The position numbers and the translations under genes are program-made. A stretch of DNA of 63,568 nucleotides, counting the filler, from Kipferlia bialata (Eukaryota): assembly GCA_003568945.1 (NCBI GenBank). It is 4 parts of 4 records of this genome, joined end to end, with 100 filler letters (N's around TTAATTAATTAA, not from the genome) between each part and the next. Parts side by side here need not be neighbours in the genome. Positions count along the whole stretch, not along the records: positions 48,952 to 60,432 come from BDIP01000250.1; positions 60,533 to 63,568 come from BDIP01000365.1; 2 more parts are not named here. One strand, written 5' to 3'. The notes below the pieces were generated by a model, which saw nothing but the letters and a program-made list of their open reading frames with translations, had not been told where the DNA came from and did no database searches. Shown here piece by piece: positions 48,852 through 60,680 of the stretch (positions within the stretch are counted from its first letter, which is position 1; each line of letters starts with the position of its first letter).

Positions 48852-48951
48852 NNNNNNNNNNNNNNNNNNNNNNNNNNNNNNNNNNNNNNNNNNNNTTAAT
48901 TAATTAANNNNNNNNNNNNNNNNNNNNNNNNNNNNNNNNNNNNNNNNNNNN
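48852..48951. other. Artificial contig linker N44-TTAATTAATTAA-N44
   Basis: Same 100-nt cassette. Confidence 0.97.
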
Positions 48952-48956
48952 CGGAG

Positions 48957-49001
<45 letters not shown>

Positions 49002-49106
49002 CGCATAACCACTACATAATGGCAAACCATAATATACCACAGTGTAGAGAAGGAACCTCATAATCTACTGTCCAGAAGTAATCCCCGATACCCTCTCAGT
49101 CCCTAC

Positions 49107-49482
49107 CTGGAGTCTGGTCTCAGGGCAGCCATGGCAGTGCCATCTGCTGAAGCCACCACTCTGGGGTGAGACACTCACATGTTGCTGCAAGACACACACA
49201 GACAGACGCTGTCATACACAAATATATATACATACATACAATTACTATTATACACACATACCTTGAGCAACGGAGGAAGGGCAATGCGTAGTCCTGACTC
49301 CGCTTGGGTAGCCCCCCCGCTGAGCTGAAGCTAACCACATCTCCTGTGTCTTCGACAGCCAGGATGGAGTCTCCAGTGGATACGATGCTATGGAACCGTA
49401 GACTGGAGGCTCCTATTGTCCGTATCCGACCAGACAGGCCGGTGCCGCACATTTGGGACGGCCTCGACGCCATATGTGGCAT
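49107..49482 (-). CDS. 5' part of a hypothetical protein (two exons, cut off by the contig end)
   Basis: Exon 49482-49262 splices in phase at a CTCACCCCAG acceptor to ...SRVVASADGTAMAALRPDSR, followed by a GTAGG donor. No family recognised. Confidence 0.4.
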
Positions 49483-49668
49483 CAATGTGTCCCAAGTATG
49501 CTATAAGTCACCTATTGTAACCTCAGAGGGACTGCTTTCCACCCCCTGTTGGCTATAAGGGAATGATGAAGCCCCACTGAATTCATGAGTCAACCACAAG
49601 GGTGCAGACGAATCAAAAACGAAAAAACGAGAACAGGGTTTATCTATTGCTTTCAGAGTCATTTCGAG

Positions 49669-52600
49669 TCATTCAGCGCTAAGCCGGGATATGCCAGCCT
49701 CCACCTGCATGAGTCTCTCTAATAGGCTGGCTTCCTCTGCGTCCATGGCCTGTTTCTCTCTCTCCTTCTTCCAGACGAGGTAGTCCCCCCTGCGGAGTGT
49801 GCCCCTCTCCAGCATGGCCTGGACCTCAGCCTGGGAGAGGGAGAGGAGAGAGGCCGGTGCCTGTGCCTGCTGGGCATCAGACACAGTGTCATGGCCATCA
49901 CATGCCTGGAGCACATGGGAGGGGGTGACATCGGGACTGGCCAGCAGGGCAGAGTATGCTGCATCAACAGCAGCCCTCGATGCACTGTGGCATATAGCAG
50001 ACAGGGCGGAGTGGGAGTAGGAGGGGAGGGAGGAGAGCAGATCGAAGGTGGACGCAGAGAGGGGGTCACTGGGGGGTGGGAGAGATGAGAGTGGGGTGTC
50101 TGGGGTGCGGGACAGGTCAGACTGGTCCAGTCTCAGCACAGCCCGTACAAGGTCAGACACGCTGGGGGTGGAGGGGGTGCTGTTCACCTCCATGCCCTCC
50201 CCTGCCCTCTCTCTCTCTGCCTTCAGCAACGCAGACCAGCTGGTGAGGGGGAGAGAGTGTCCCTCCCCCCTGACCAGGCCCAGCAGCCTCTCCCTCTCTA
50301 CCTCTCCCTCTGCCTGTCTAGTCTGCTCTGCTGCAAGGTGGGCAGCTAGGCCTGGTAGTGGGGCCAGGGCAGCCGTTCTCTCTGTGTCCCCTGTGGGGAG
50401 AGAGAGAGAGAGAGCCAGGTTGACAGCTGTGGCACTGGGCTGTACAGAGGGGGGCATGGTACGCACAGCCTGGGGGTGAGTGGGATGGGGTGGTGTATGT
50501 GACATGATACACACTCCACTATGCAAGGCCTGTGCATTATATGCATGTATGTACCTGGACAGGCTGTGGTGCATGGGTGTCCCCACCCACGTCACTGGAG
50601 GGGAAGGGGTTGTAGGACCGTACGTTGTCAGCTATGGGCTCTAGGGGCATACTGAGGCAGTCCTGAGAGGGTAAGAGGTCACATAGAGGAGTGTACATAA
50701 CTGTATCTCTATATATGCATACCTTGAGCTTCCTGATGTCCTGGGGACTGGGTCTGTAGTTGATGAGACCCTTCCTCTCTAGGAACCTGTATATCCTGGG
50801 GTGAGGCAAGAGAGTGAGACACATACAACTCTATTTTGAGTCTGGGTATACTATACACACAGATCCTCATCTCATCATGGAGCATGCCAGTGAGAAACAT
50901 CCAACACTACACTACTCTCACTCATACTACTCTACTCTCTATACACCCACCTCATCATGGAGCATGCCTCCCCGGAGAGAGTGCGCCTCACGGCTGTGAA
51001 GGTGAGGTTGGTGGAGGGGTCAGTCCGGTAGGCAGACACAATGGCATTGCGCCACTCCATGTATCTGAAGGTCAGAACTCGCTATAGAGGGCGTGTATCT
51101 TATAGAGAATGTGTATGAGTCGGAATCCCTACACATGTCATACCTCTCTGGAGTGTAGCTAGGGAACGTGCCATCAAAGAACATGGGGAGGGCCTGAGGT
51201 GAGGGAGGATAGTTGGCAGATGGTATATGGTATTTGGTACATGAAAAGAGGAGTCTCCGAAAAGTCAATTATTCATTCACTATCACATGTGCCTACCTCC
51301 CTCTCCTCCTGCGCTATACCCTTGGGGTCAAAGAAGGCGCCAAACACTGGCACAAACACATTATTATAGAGGGGGTCGGTCTCTGGGGGTCTCTCCCCAC
51401 TGGCCCCGCCCCCTCCCTCCTCCACCCTCAGCTCTGGGTTGGGTATCCTGGTGCACAGGGCATCGTACTCCTCGGCACGCTCATCAGCAGCCTCCTGGGG
51501 GTGAGGGGGATGGAAGAATACTTTGTAAATATGCTACTGTGAATATAGTGTATGTACAGTACTTGCCCCCACCTCGTTTGTTGCTGAGTCGATGTCCATC
51601 CTGAGCTGTCTGTGGGCATGGACACTCTGGACAGACCCAGAGGGGGCTAGGTCCACAAGCTCCTGGGGTGGGTACGTCGCCTGTCTGGAGAGGGGTATAG
51701 ACAAGTGAGAGAAGTCAGTGTGCCCCCACCTTCATGAGTCTGACCCTGTCCAGACCGAGTGTCAGCTGATCCTCCCCCCCTGCCGCCTTGGACGCCCTCT
51801 TCCGCTGCCCCTTCTTACCCTTCTTGGATGTCACCTTGGGCGTGGCACCAGGCTTGGTGGGGTCAGCGGGGAGTCTCAGGGAGACAGTCATTAGGGGTAG
51901 GGGAGGGGGAGGGGCGGCACCTGGGGTCAACAGAGTATAGGATAGAGATACCAATGATAACAGGGTGGGATACTACGTGGAGGGAGAGAGGGGATGGGCT
52001 GTATGCATATCCAATGCAGATTGAGATGACGCTCGAAGGAGTGTGGTACCTAGCTCCTCCTGCCTGACTGGTATGTAGTCTGCAGGGTCCACCCACTCAT
52101 TTGCGGCATGTGAGTCGTCTATCCACTCTGGGGGCACCTCAATGACCTCATCCCCCGAGGAGTACCTCTCCCCTGCCAGGGAGGAAGGGAGAGATACAGA
52201 GTCCAGGCCCCCAAAGTGTGCACAGTCACCCCTGAGAGGGGGGTGGTCAGGCAGGAGGGCGGCGTCATAGGATAGGGACAGTCTCTCCATCCTAGGGGTC
52301 AGACACACTGAGACATGGATGTCGGAGGGATGTGAGTATATCCATACCTATAGTCCAGCAAGTCCTGTCTGGGCACACTAGCATACACTGAGGCTGGTGT
52401 GCGTCTGATGTGCACTGCTACCCCCTCCTGTGTCTGGTCGGTGTGTGTCTCTGATGCCATGGCATCCTCAGCCAGCATAGGACCTAGGGAGGTGTCACTG
52501 TCACGGGGGATCCTAGCAGTGAGTGGGAGGGTACCAGGATACATATGACAATGCATTAATACATACACACCTCACTCCCAGCTGGTCCAGCGGGACATCC

Positions 52601-53215
52601 ACTGACAGAGAGGGGGAGGGGAGGGAGACACGGCGAGGGAGGGCTGCATCACTGGGCGCCACCCTCACCACCACCCCTGCCTCCTGTGCAGTATCCACCA
52701 CAATGCCGCGCATCTGCTGCACCTGGCTGGAGGGGTCAGAGGGTGGGAAGATAGTAATACAAATTAACAGAAGGAGAAGAGAAGGGAATCAGAAAGTGGA
52801 AATCATACATAGTACCAAGAGTCCATACCGTGTCATGAGGGCTCTAGACACTAGGCTGACAGAAGGGTCCATGAAGACCTGGCATGAGACACTATGGAGA
52901 GATGATCTCCACCACATACGGAGAATAGAGTGAGGTAGAGACTACTGCTACTAACCCTCTCTGTCACCACATGACCTCTACTGAGCAGCATGGCATACAG
53001 AGCCGGGTACACTGCCTCCCACGCCGTGTTAGTCCACTCATGTACAGGGGGTAGACCCTGGGACCTGGGGTAAGGTAGGGTAAAGGTATTCGGACTTCTT
53101 GATGATTCCATGGCAGTGAATGCGGTACCTTCTATGGTCTGCAACTGTCTTTAAGACTGAGAACAGACCCCCAGAAGGAGCAGGTGTGGTGTCAGTTAGG
53201 ACAGAGAAGGGAACC
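49669..53215 (-). CDS. SWI/SNF core subunit, SMARCC/SWI3-like (N-terminal module plus SWIRM), 5' exons missing
   Basis: SWIRM: VFVPVFGAFFD...EREALPMFFDG...TPERYMEWRNAIVSAYRTDP...[32 protein letters not shown]. N-terminal motifs SGGLFSVLKTV and EWIDDSHAANEWVDPADY resemble SMARCC GGALCHILGAA and WILDTDIFNEWMNEEDY. Confidence 0.85.
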
Positions 53216-53257
53216 CTGGAGTGAGAGTCTCAGAGGCGAGAAAGGAGGGGGGTGTGT

Positions 53258-53302
<45 letters not shown>
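53258..53302. repeat. Poly-G tract (~45 nt), probable misassembly junction
   Basis: Separates an RFC first exon from an internal SMARCC exon of incompatible phase. Confidence 0.8.
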
Positions 53303-53303
<1 letters not shown>

Positions 53304-53378
53304 GAGAGTTGGAGACAACTATCTCTCTCACTGTATTAATATGATATGCCTCTCCCCCGTATCTAGAGCACCCTGTAC

Positions 53379-53511
53379 CTGTGAGCAGCAGGTTGGGTAT
53401 GTTGCCGTGCTGGGCGATCACCCTCAGCCTGTCGATGGCATCCCGGTGGCCCACAACATCATTCAGGGTCTTGGGCCTGTGCTTCTCAATCCAGGGCAGG
53501 TGGGAGCTCAT
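53379..53511 (-). CDS. First exon only of a replication factor C small subunit (human RFC2/yeast Rfc4-like)
   Basis: MSSHLPWIEKHRPKTLNDVVGHRDAIDRLRVIAQHGNIPNLLLTG matches the RFC box PWVEKYRP and stops at a GTAC donor just before Walker A. Confidence 0.88.
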
Positions 53512-53690
53512 GACACAGGGGTAGATGGACCTGGCGCCAGTTGCTTGAGAAGGGGACTGTTTCAGAGCGGAGAGAAGAACCCTTTCTCGATCTAAGAAAC
53601 AAAAACCATATTCGACTCTCAGTGAGACGAGTCTGAGACAACCGTGTGTATGAACTTGGCACTTCTCTTCACAACTGAGAGGGACTGATT

Positions 53691-55670
53691 ATGTCCTTCC
53701 GTGTCCGTGTCCAGAAGCAGACCCTTAAGGAGGCTGCAGATGCTGGTGTTATACGTGAAGACGAGGTCGAGCCTCTGTGGGAGCACCTAAAGCAGAAGGA
53801 CCAAGGCAAGACGAAGGTTCGTAGTATTGCCTTCATGTGTATATGTGTGTATATATGCCTCGACATTCGGCATTACGAGTAGTATGAGGGACCATATGCT
53901 CCTCTCTTTGTATTGTTTGTGTTTTGCCCCCCCCCCCCCCGGCTGCTCTCCTCTCACTCTAGATGCTGAGCAACGCTGCGTTCCTGCTTGGCTTTGTGCT
54001 TGTGCTTGTGGGCATGTTCCTCATCTTCATCCAGATCATCGATGTCTGGGAGATAGGTGGGGCCACCCTGTGCTCCCTGGTGTACAGTGGTGTGTTCTTC
54101 GGTGCCTGTTACTGGTTCAAGGTGAGTATTGCTTAATGGATATATATATATACATATATATTAATATACAGGTACGATTACTGGTTCAAGGTGATGGGAG
54201 AGGCAACCGAGTATATATGTATGTATCTATATATGGCACCTTCTATCAACCCCCCCCCCCCTGACCCCAGACCCAGGCCACCAAGGAGATTGAGATTGCC
54301 CCAGGGGTGTTTGCCTTCTGTGGCATCTTCACCGTCACTGGGTTTGTGTGTGCATTCCTCGGCTGGACTGACCTCTGGGCAGACAACGCCACAGGCTGGT
54401 TCTACCTCGAGGCCATGGTGGTCAACCTATTGGAGATGGGCCTGACAGTGCTGGTCATGCAGCACGTGCCCTGGATTCTGCTGTACGTATGGACGTGTAT
54501 ATCCAGACATATATTGTGTTACCGCCGTAGAAGTACCTCTCACCCCCAGCAACCTCCTCATTGCCGGCCCTGCCCTCCTGATACCCGTGTGGTGTGCCGG
54601 GGTGTTCAGGGGGGACATCGACTTCAACTATGTCGAGGACCTGTGGCCTGTCTGGATACTAGTGGGTGCTGGGTACACATACGTAGTGTACAGGCTGGAT
54701 GTCTACAACATCGGGGTGCAGGTGGGAGGGTAACTGTTGTAACTACACGATTGACCGTTGTATGTACCGCCTCTGTGACTATTCTCCCCACCCCCGGTTG
54801 ATACTCACTCTGCAGGCCAAGACCCCCACCCAGACTGTCAGGAACCACGGCCTGTTCTACTCCCTCTTTGCAGTGGGTGTCTTCTTGGTCATATTCATAT
54901 ACCTCTGGTGGGTGGCATCTGGCTATATGTAAATGTATGTAGTTATGTGGGTATATGCATGTATGTCGGTAGTGGCAAACTGAGGGAGAGGACCATACAT
55001 GCCTGCACCTCTAGTGACTGACTGTCAGGGCCAGCGAGACCCTCCCCGACTGGGCTTGCATCCTCCTGTACCCCTTTGTCATCATCCTGTTCCTGGCTGT
55101 GGGTGCCCTGTTCAGAAGGGGGGCATACACAGTGGGGGCACTGGTCGGGACATACCTCTACCTGGCCAAGATCGCATTGTACGTGGGTGTATATGTATAT
55201 GGTATATCATATACTCTGTAATACCCACACCTGTATCCCTCTGACCCAGCTCCATCCTGGACAACCCTCTGTTCCTAGGACTTGTGTTCAGTGGCCTGGG
55301 GGTGGCTGTCATATACATCGGAATCGTGGTGTTCAAGGTAACATGTGCTGTGAGTACTATCCTAGTATATGTATATCAATGTGTTCCATTGTGTGATATA
55401 TTTGTCGCACCCTCATATCCTATGTCTCTGACCCCCCAGCGCCGTGCCGCCCTTGACCGCACCCTGCACCGTGTGCTCCCCTCCCCTGTCATGACCCGCA
55501 TGCCCATGTACATGGTGGCCAACCCCATACCCCTAGGCACCTACCAGCACCAGCCCTTTGGCACCCCCCAGCCCACAGCCCACACTGTCAATGGCATGGT
55601 TGATGGCATGGTGGGGATGGACGGAATGCCAGTGACACACGTGGATGCCACGTGGAACGGACAGGCATGA
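53691..55670 (+). CDS. Multi-pass membrane protein resembling bacterial DUF2157 proteins, multi-exon
   Basis: N-terminus LKEAADAGVIREDEVEPLWEHL followed by many hydrophobic segments (AAFLLGFVLVLVGMFLIF, LCSLVYSGVFFG, GVFAFCGIFTV, LVFSGLGVAVIYIGIVV). GT-AG introns; TGA ends 55670. Confidence 0.65.
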
Positions 55671-56001
55671 GTAGGGGAGAGGTTGTACTAGGATTATTAT
55701 TGATTATTATATATGGTGATGGAGTTATTTCAAGGCTTCACCAGTGTCGGAGTGTAACTAAATAGAGTGTGTCAGTGTTAGTGTCAGAATGAACTGTGTC
55801 TTCAAGTATCAACCACCATTAATGAGAAGCGTCTATTCCGCCTCTGTCTACGATCCAGATACCGTGTCTGGTCGGCATACATGTGTTGTGTGGCCTATAT
55901 GTCCACTCGGTGCATGTGGCTTGTGTTTTCTTTTCTCATCTCTCGATGGCAGCACCAGTCATGAACACACAGGCCTGTCTCTCTCTCTCTTATCCACCCC
56001 C

Positions 56002-59000
56002 CTACCATAGAGGGTCCTCATTCACTGTCCTGACCAGCTGGTTGAACCCGTCCTGTCTGCGTAGCACAGAGAAGCCCCTCCTGAACTCCCTCATGATGGT
56101 ACGGAGTGACTGGGCATTGACGTACCGACCCAGGTTGATGTCCACCTCAAAGGGGTCCTCAATGCACAGCAGGAAGGAGTGCCTGGCCCCCACGTCCCCG
56201 TCACTCTGCAGCAGGAAGGCCGTGTAGTCGATGTGCTCGTCAAAGGTGTCGTCGATGTCGGACGAGTGCTCGATGTCATTCACCTGGCACTCCGCCCCCT
56301 TGTTCCTGCCCAGGCTGGGGGGTGGCACCGCTGCCTTGCCCCCCTTGGCCCTCCTGGCTGCCTCTCTCTTGGCCTCTCTGGCCTTGGCCTTCTTCTCTCT
56401 CTTCTCCTTCTTGGTTTCCTTCTGGGGGTGGTACTGGATCTTCCTCCAGCCCTTGGCGTATCTGTTCAGCACCCTACCCCCTCGCAGCGACACCACCCCG
56501 TTGCGCTTGTCGAAGTCGTATGCGTAGTACTGGAAGAAGCCCAGCAGCAGTGTACCCACATCTGAGTGGCAGATGGGTCTGCGCCTGCCCTCCCGGGACT
56601 CCCACCTCTTCCATGCCGCAGCCACAGTCATGTGGCCAATGTCACAGCAGCCCTGGGGGTGAGATATATGAGAACAGACAAGGTCCATGTTACACAGCAT
56701 ATACATAATGACCGAGTCCCTACCTCGATGGGTCCTGGCACTGCCCCTGGCTGGAGGGGGGGCACGATGGGGTCCCGTCTGGTGACTAGGTAGAAGAGGG
56801 CCAGCACACTCCAGCCATAGGGGGAGATGCCGCCTGGGGTCAGAGGGACGGGTCACGTGCAGTGGACTCAATACATACACATATACATATACACATACAT
56901 ATTCAGCAGCCCCCACCTGTGAATGCCGAGTCGATGTTTCTCTTGTGTGCCCACATCTTGACTGCCCTGATGAATGGTAGCACCCTGGGGTCTGCCTGGC
57001 AGTACTCGGTGAGCAGGGCAGTGTTGGCCATGGGTAGAGCATTGTTGACAGTGATGTCAACCACAGGCATCGTATCCTGGGGGTGAGTATACTATGGAGG
57101 GCAATGAACAGTGAATGTAGTAGAACACTAGTGGTGTACCTTTGCGTGCTGTGTGACGTAGAAGAGGGACAGGACAGGCACCGTTGCCTTGAGGGCACAC
57201 CTGTCTATCAGGATGTCCCCGTTACTGCCCTGGATGATGGCATCCCTCAGGGCAGCCAGCACAACAGCCTCGGGTCTGGCCAGGGCCCTAGCCTCCTCAT
57301 CCGCTGCATCCTCGGCCTCGTAGTCACTCCCCTCACTCCTCTCTTCGCTGTCACGCTTGCTCTCCACTTCGGGCACCTCCACCTTGGCCAGGTCCACTGT
57401 CAGACACGTGTCCACATCACTCTGCTGCGTGAGGAGGCCACTGACATAACTGCCAAACAGGGTCAGGGACTGGAACCCGGGGACGGCCAGCAGTGCAGTC
57501 TCCCTGAGCCTGGTGAGGAATGCATTGACGACTGGTCTGACCTGGTCTGCCCTCTCGTCCGCCTCCCTCAGCATCTGGGCCACGCCCTTGGCAACCTGGG
57601 CCAGGAGCAGCCTCTGGGGGTACCAGCTGTCCCTGGGCAGGGCTGCAGAGTGGATGATGGGGCCGGGGGGCACGCTGTACTTGCCGTCAAGGGGGCAGGG
57701 GTTGGCCTTGTTGTGCCTGCCTCTCCCCTTGCGGTCTCTCTCTCTCTCCCTCTCCCTGTCTCCCCTCTCTGCGCTGTGGGGTGAGTCCCTCCCCCCCTGC
57801 GACCTCTGGTGGGGACTGTCCCTCCCCCTGCGCGTGGGTGTCTCCTTGGCCATCCCATGCCCCTCCTCGTGCCTGTCCTCCTGGGTATGCACACCCTGCC
57901 TCTGGGTAGCACCCTTGTCAGGTCTGGTGGGGGTGTAGGGGCCGTTGAGGGAAGCAGTCTCCGGATGCCCCCCTGCCCCATCCTCTATCACAGATGTGGT
58001 TGACCCAGGGGGATACAGGGTCTGTCCCTCCCGCTGTGCCTGCTGGGTCTGCTGGGTCTGCTGTGCCCTGGCTGGGCTGAACAGACTGGCAAAGGCACTC
58101 ATCACAGACTCGGACTGGTAGCTCTGGGGGCTGTTGGAGTGCACGCTGGCCACACTCACCCTCCTGCCCTTCCCCTGGCCGTGCTGACTCATGGGGAGAG
58201 GGAGGGGGAGGGGGGCGCCAGAACGACCCGGGGGCTGCAGTATACTGGGCCCACCATGGTTGCTGTTGATAGAGCTTGGACCAGGGTGGCTGCTGGGGTA
58301 AGAGGGAGAGTGGAGACCAATGTGGATGCTACCCGATGTGAACGGAGAGTGTACAGTTACTAATCATGACTCACCCTACGCTGCTAGGCCCCTGCTGTTC
58401 CTGTCTCTGCACCGGCATTCCCATGCCTCCCATGCCTCCCATGCCTCCCATGCCCATCCCAGGGGGGTAGGGGTTGCCAGTGCCGCCTGGGCTAGGCCCG
58501 CCAAACAGAGACATCCCTGCCATGCCCTGGGACATGTTGGGGGGCATGCCCCCCATGTAGGGCCTGGTGTCCTGTCCCTCTGGCGTGGTGCCCTGGGGCA
58601 TGCCCATGCCGATCATCCCAGGGGGCTGGTGCATACCAGGGTCAGATGACATCATGCCAGACGGGCCCATCATGTCCTGCCCCCCTGCACCCATGTCTCC
58701 TAGGCCAGGGGGTAGGTCTCCGTCGTCATCTGTAGCAGGGGTCCCTAGGCCCTGGGGGGCCTGCATGCCCCTGTCCATAGGGGGATACTGGGGGCGGTAG
58801 CCGGGGGGGGCGTAGTAGCCAGAGGCCATGGGCTGACCGTAGCCTGGCATGGGCTGTCCATATGCAGGCATCATGCCGGGCATGTAACCCATGGCTCCCT
58901 GGTTGCCGTAGTAGCCCCTCATGGGCGGGTACTGGCCTGGCATGCCCTGTGGAAGGGGCATCCCGCCACCAGGGAAACCACCTCCCTGCTGGGACTGTGG

Positions 59001-59078
59001 AAAGGTGGGAATACCCGTTCCCTGCATCTCACTTGGGGCCTGGTGCTGCTTCGCAGCATCCGATGGCTGAGAGGACAT
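56002..59078 (-). CDS. Cid1/TENT-family terminal nucleotidyltransferase (TUTase or non-canonical poly(A) polymerase) with a low-complexity N-terminus
   Basis: LFGSYVSGLLTQQSDVDTCL (GS..DxD), ATVPVL, DITVNN...NTALL, VKMWA, GGISPYGW, LLLGFFQYYAYDFD, LCIEDPFEVDINLGR. Exon 1 (59078-58375) splices in phase through to the MSQHG frame. Confidence 0.9.
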
Positions 59079-59261
59079 TGTAGTCGCTCTCTAGGGGTGA
59101 AAACAGGCACACAGCGCGGTCAAGCTCAAAGGAGCCTCCGACAGAGAATCGGAGGGGATTCGGAGGAGTGTCGTGTAGTTCTTCTGATCAACAACCTTCC
59201 CTTAATAGTAAACCTACTGAGTGTATTCACAAATATCTATTCTATTCACACATCCACCACC

Positions 59262-60380
59262 CTAGTCGGCGCTCTCCTTCCTGGCCACAATGGCCGAGTC
59301 GATGAGGGAGGTGACGGGCTCGAAGGCCAGGGGGGCAAACTCGTACCCGTCAGCCTCGAGGAACTTGGACTGCCACTCGACCCAGTGCAGACGCAGACAG
59401 TGCAGGAAGGCAGACAGGTTCTCGATGGCGAGGAGGACAGCGGCAGAGAAACCGAGCCAGGCGCAGAAGAGACCGCAGAGGATGACAGCCCTGAGGGCGG
59501 TGGGGACGTTCATGTGGAGGCCGATGTCCATCAGCTGCTCGAAGAACACCTCGGACAGCTGGGAGTGGGCGAGGGAGAGGGCCCAGAGACGCAGGTAGGA
59601 GGCCGTGTGGGACACGCACTCGAGGCAGTACTCGATGACGTGGATGCCCTGGTGGATGATGATGTCGCCCAGGGAGTGGCCGTCCTCGTCGTCCTCCTCC
59701 TCGACGTGCTTGGTCTCGCCCTCGGGGGTGTGGTCGGGCAGGGTCTCGTAGTGGGTGGGCTTGCGGGTGCAGGCTGCGATGGGGATGACACACCCCATCC
59801 ACACCACAGCGCCGATGGAGACTGCGGCCAGCACGCCCTGCAGAGAGGCCTGGAAGGCAGGGCCTGAGGCACGGAACAGAGGGAAGTCGATGTAGCCAGG
59901 GGTGAGGAACATCTGGATCATCATGTTGGTGAGGGAGGGGGCCACGTCGGGGTTGGGCCAGTGGTGCAGCCACTTGTAGACAATGGAGAAGCACAGGTAG
60001 CCGAAGATGCCAAACATGAAGATGACCTCGCCAATCCAGGAGCCAAAGAGCTCGAGGTACTTCTTGAAGTGGAGGAGGTTGACGAGGCGCAGGAAGAGTC
60101 CCCAGATCATCTGGGAGACACCAAGCAGCACGGACATCTTCATCTTGTAGGAGTTGATGAACGTCATGCTGTTGTTGGCCCAGTGCCAGTTGGGGTCCAT
60201 GCCAAAGGCATACACGCCCTCGCTGATGCCAAACTGGTCATCGGGGGAGGCGTAGGAGATGGAGGTGCCGAAGAGAGGGAAGGCCAGGCCAAAGTAGTCG
60301 TTGTAGATGAATCCAGTGAGGATAGCCATGACAGACATGACCAGGATCAGGTACCGGCCGGAGAACAGAATGGCAATCAT
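59262..60380 (-). CDS. V-type ATPase V0 subunit a (Vph1/ATP6V0A), terminal exon, 5' truncated
   Basis: GRYLIL...TGFIYNDYF, YAFGMDPNW, NSYKMKMSVLLG, HTASYLRLWALSLAHSQLSEVF (essential Arg), SAFLHCLRLHWVEWQSKF. Preceded by a CTCACCCCAG acceptor. Confidence 0.97.
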   Translation of the reverse strand: MIAILFSGRYLILVMSVMAILTGFIYNDYFGLAFPLFGTSISYASPDDQFGISEGVYAFGMDPNWHWANNSMTFINSYKMKMSVLLGVSQMIWGLFLRLVNLLHFKKYLELFGSWIGEVIFMFGIFGYLCFSIVYKWLHHWPNPDVAPSLTNMMIQMFLTPGYIDFPLFRASGPAFQASLQGVLAAVSIGAVVWMGCVIPIAACTRKPTHYETLPDHTPEGETKHVEEEDDEDGHSLGDIIIHQGIHVIEYCLECVSHTASYLRLWALSLAHSQLSEVFFEQLMDIGLHMNVPTALRAVILCGLFCAWLGFSAAVLLAIENLSAFLHCLRLHWVEWQSKFLEADGYEFAPLAFEPVTSLIDSAIVARKESAD

Positions 60381-60432
60381 CTGGGGTGAGGGAAAGGGGG
60401 GGGGGGGGGGGTGGGGGGGGGGGTCAGGGGTA

Positions 60433-60532
60433 NNNNNNNNNNNNNNNNNNNNNNNNNNNNNNNNNNNNNNNNNNNNTTAATTAATTAANNNNNNNNNNNN
60501 NNNNNNNNNNNNNNNNNNNNNNNNNNNNNNNN
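60433..60532. other. Artificial contig linker N44-TTAATTAATTAA-N44
   Basis: Same 100-nt cassette. Confidence 0.97.
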
Positions 60533-60680
60533 CACGCGGGGGGGGAGGGGGGGGGGGGGGGGGGGGGGGGGGGTAGAGGGTAGGTGTTTACGGCTTACAC
60601 AGTCAGGCGGAAAATAGTGAGAATTGTTCGATCAAAGAGGAGACAAAGACTGCGATGGGAGAGAGAGACACTGCGCCTAC

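Noticed and set aside
52851..53144. MESSRSPN (ATG 53111) as the start of the SMARCC gene
   Set aside because: It lies within an intron. An upstream exon (53215-53129) splices in phase and carries SMARCC-like sequence.
59043..60389. Long overlapping or antisense ORFs (274, 214, 142 aa) over the V-ATPase exon
   Set aside because: Expected by-product of strong GC3 codon bias; no recognisable motifs.
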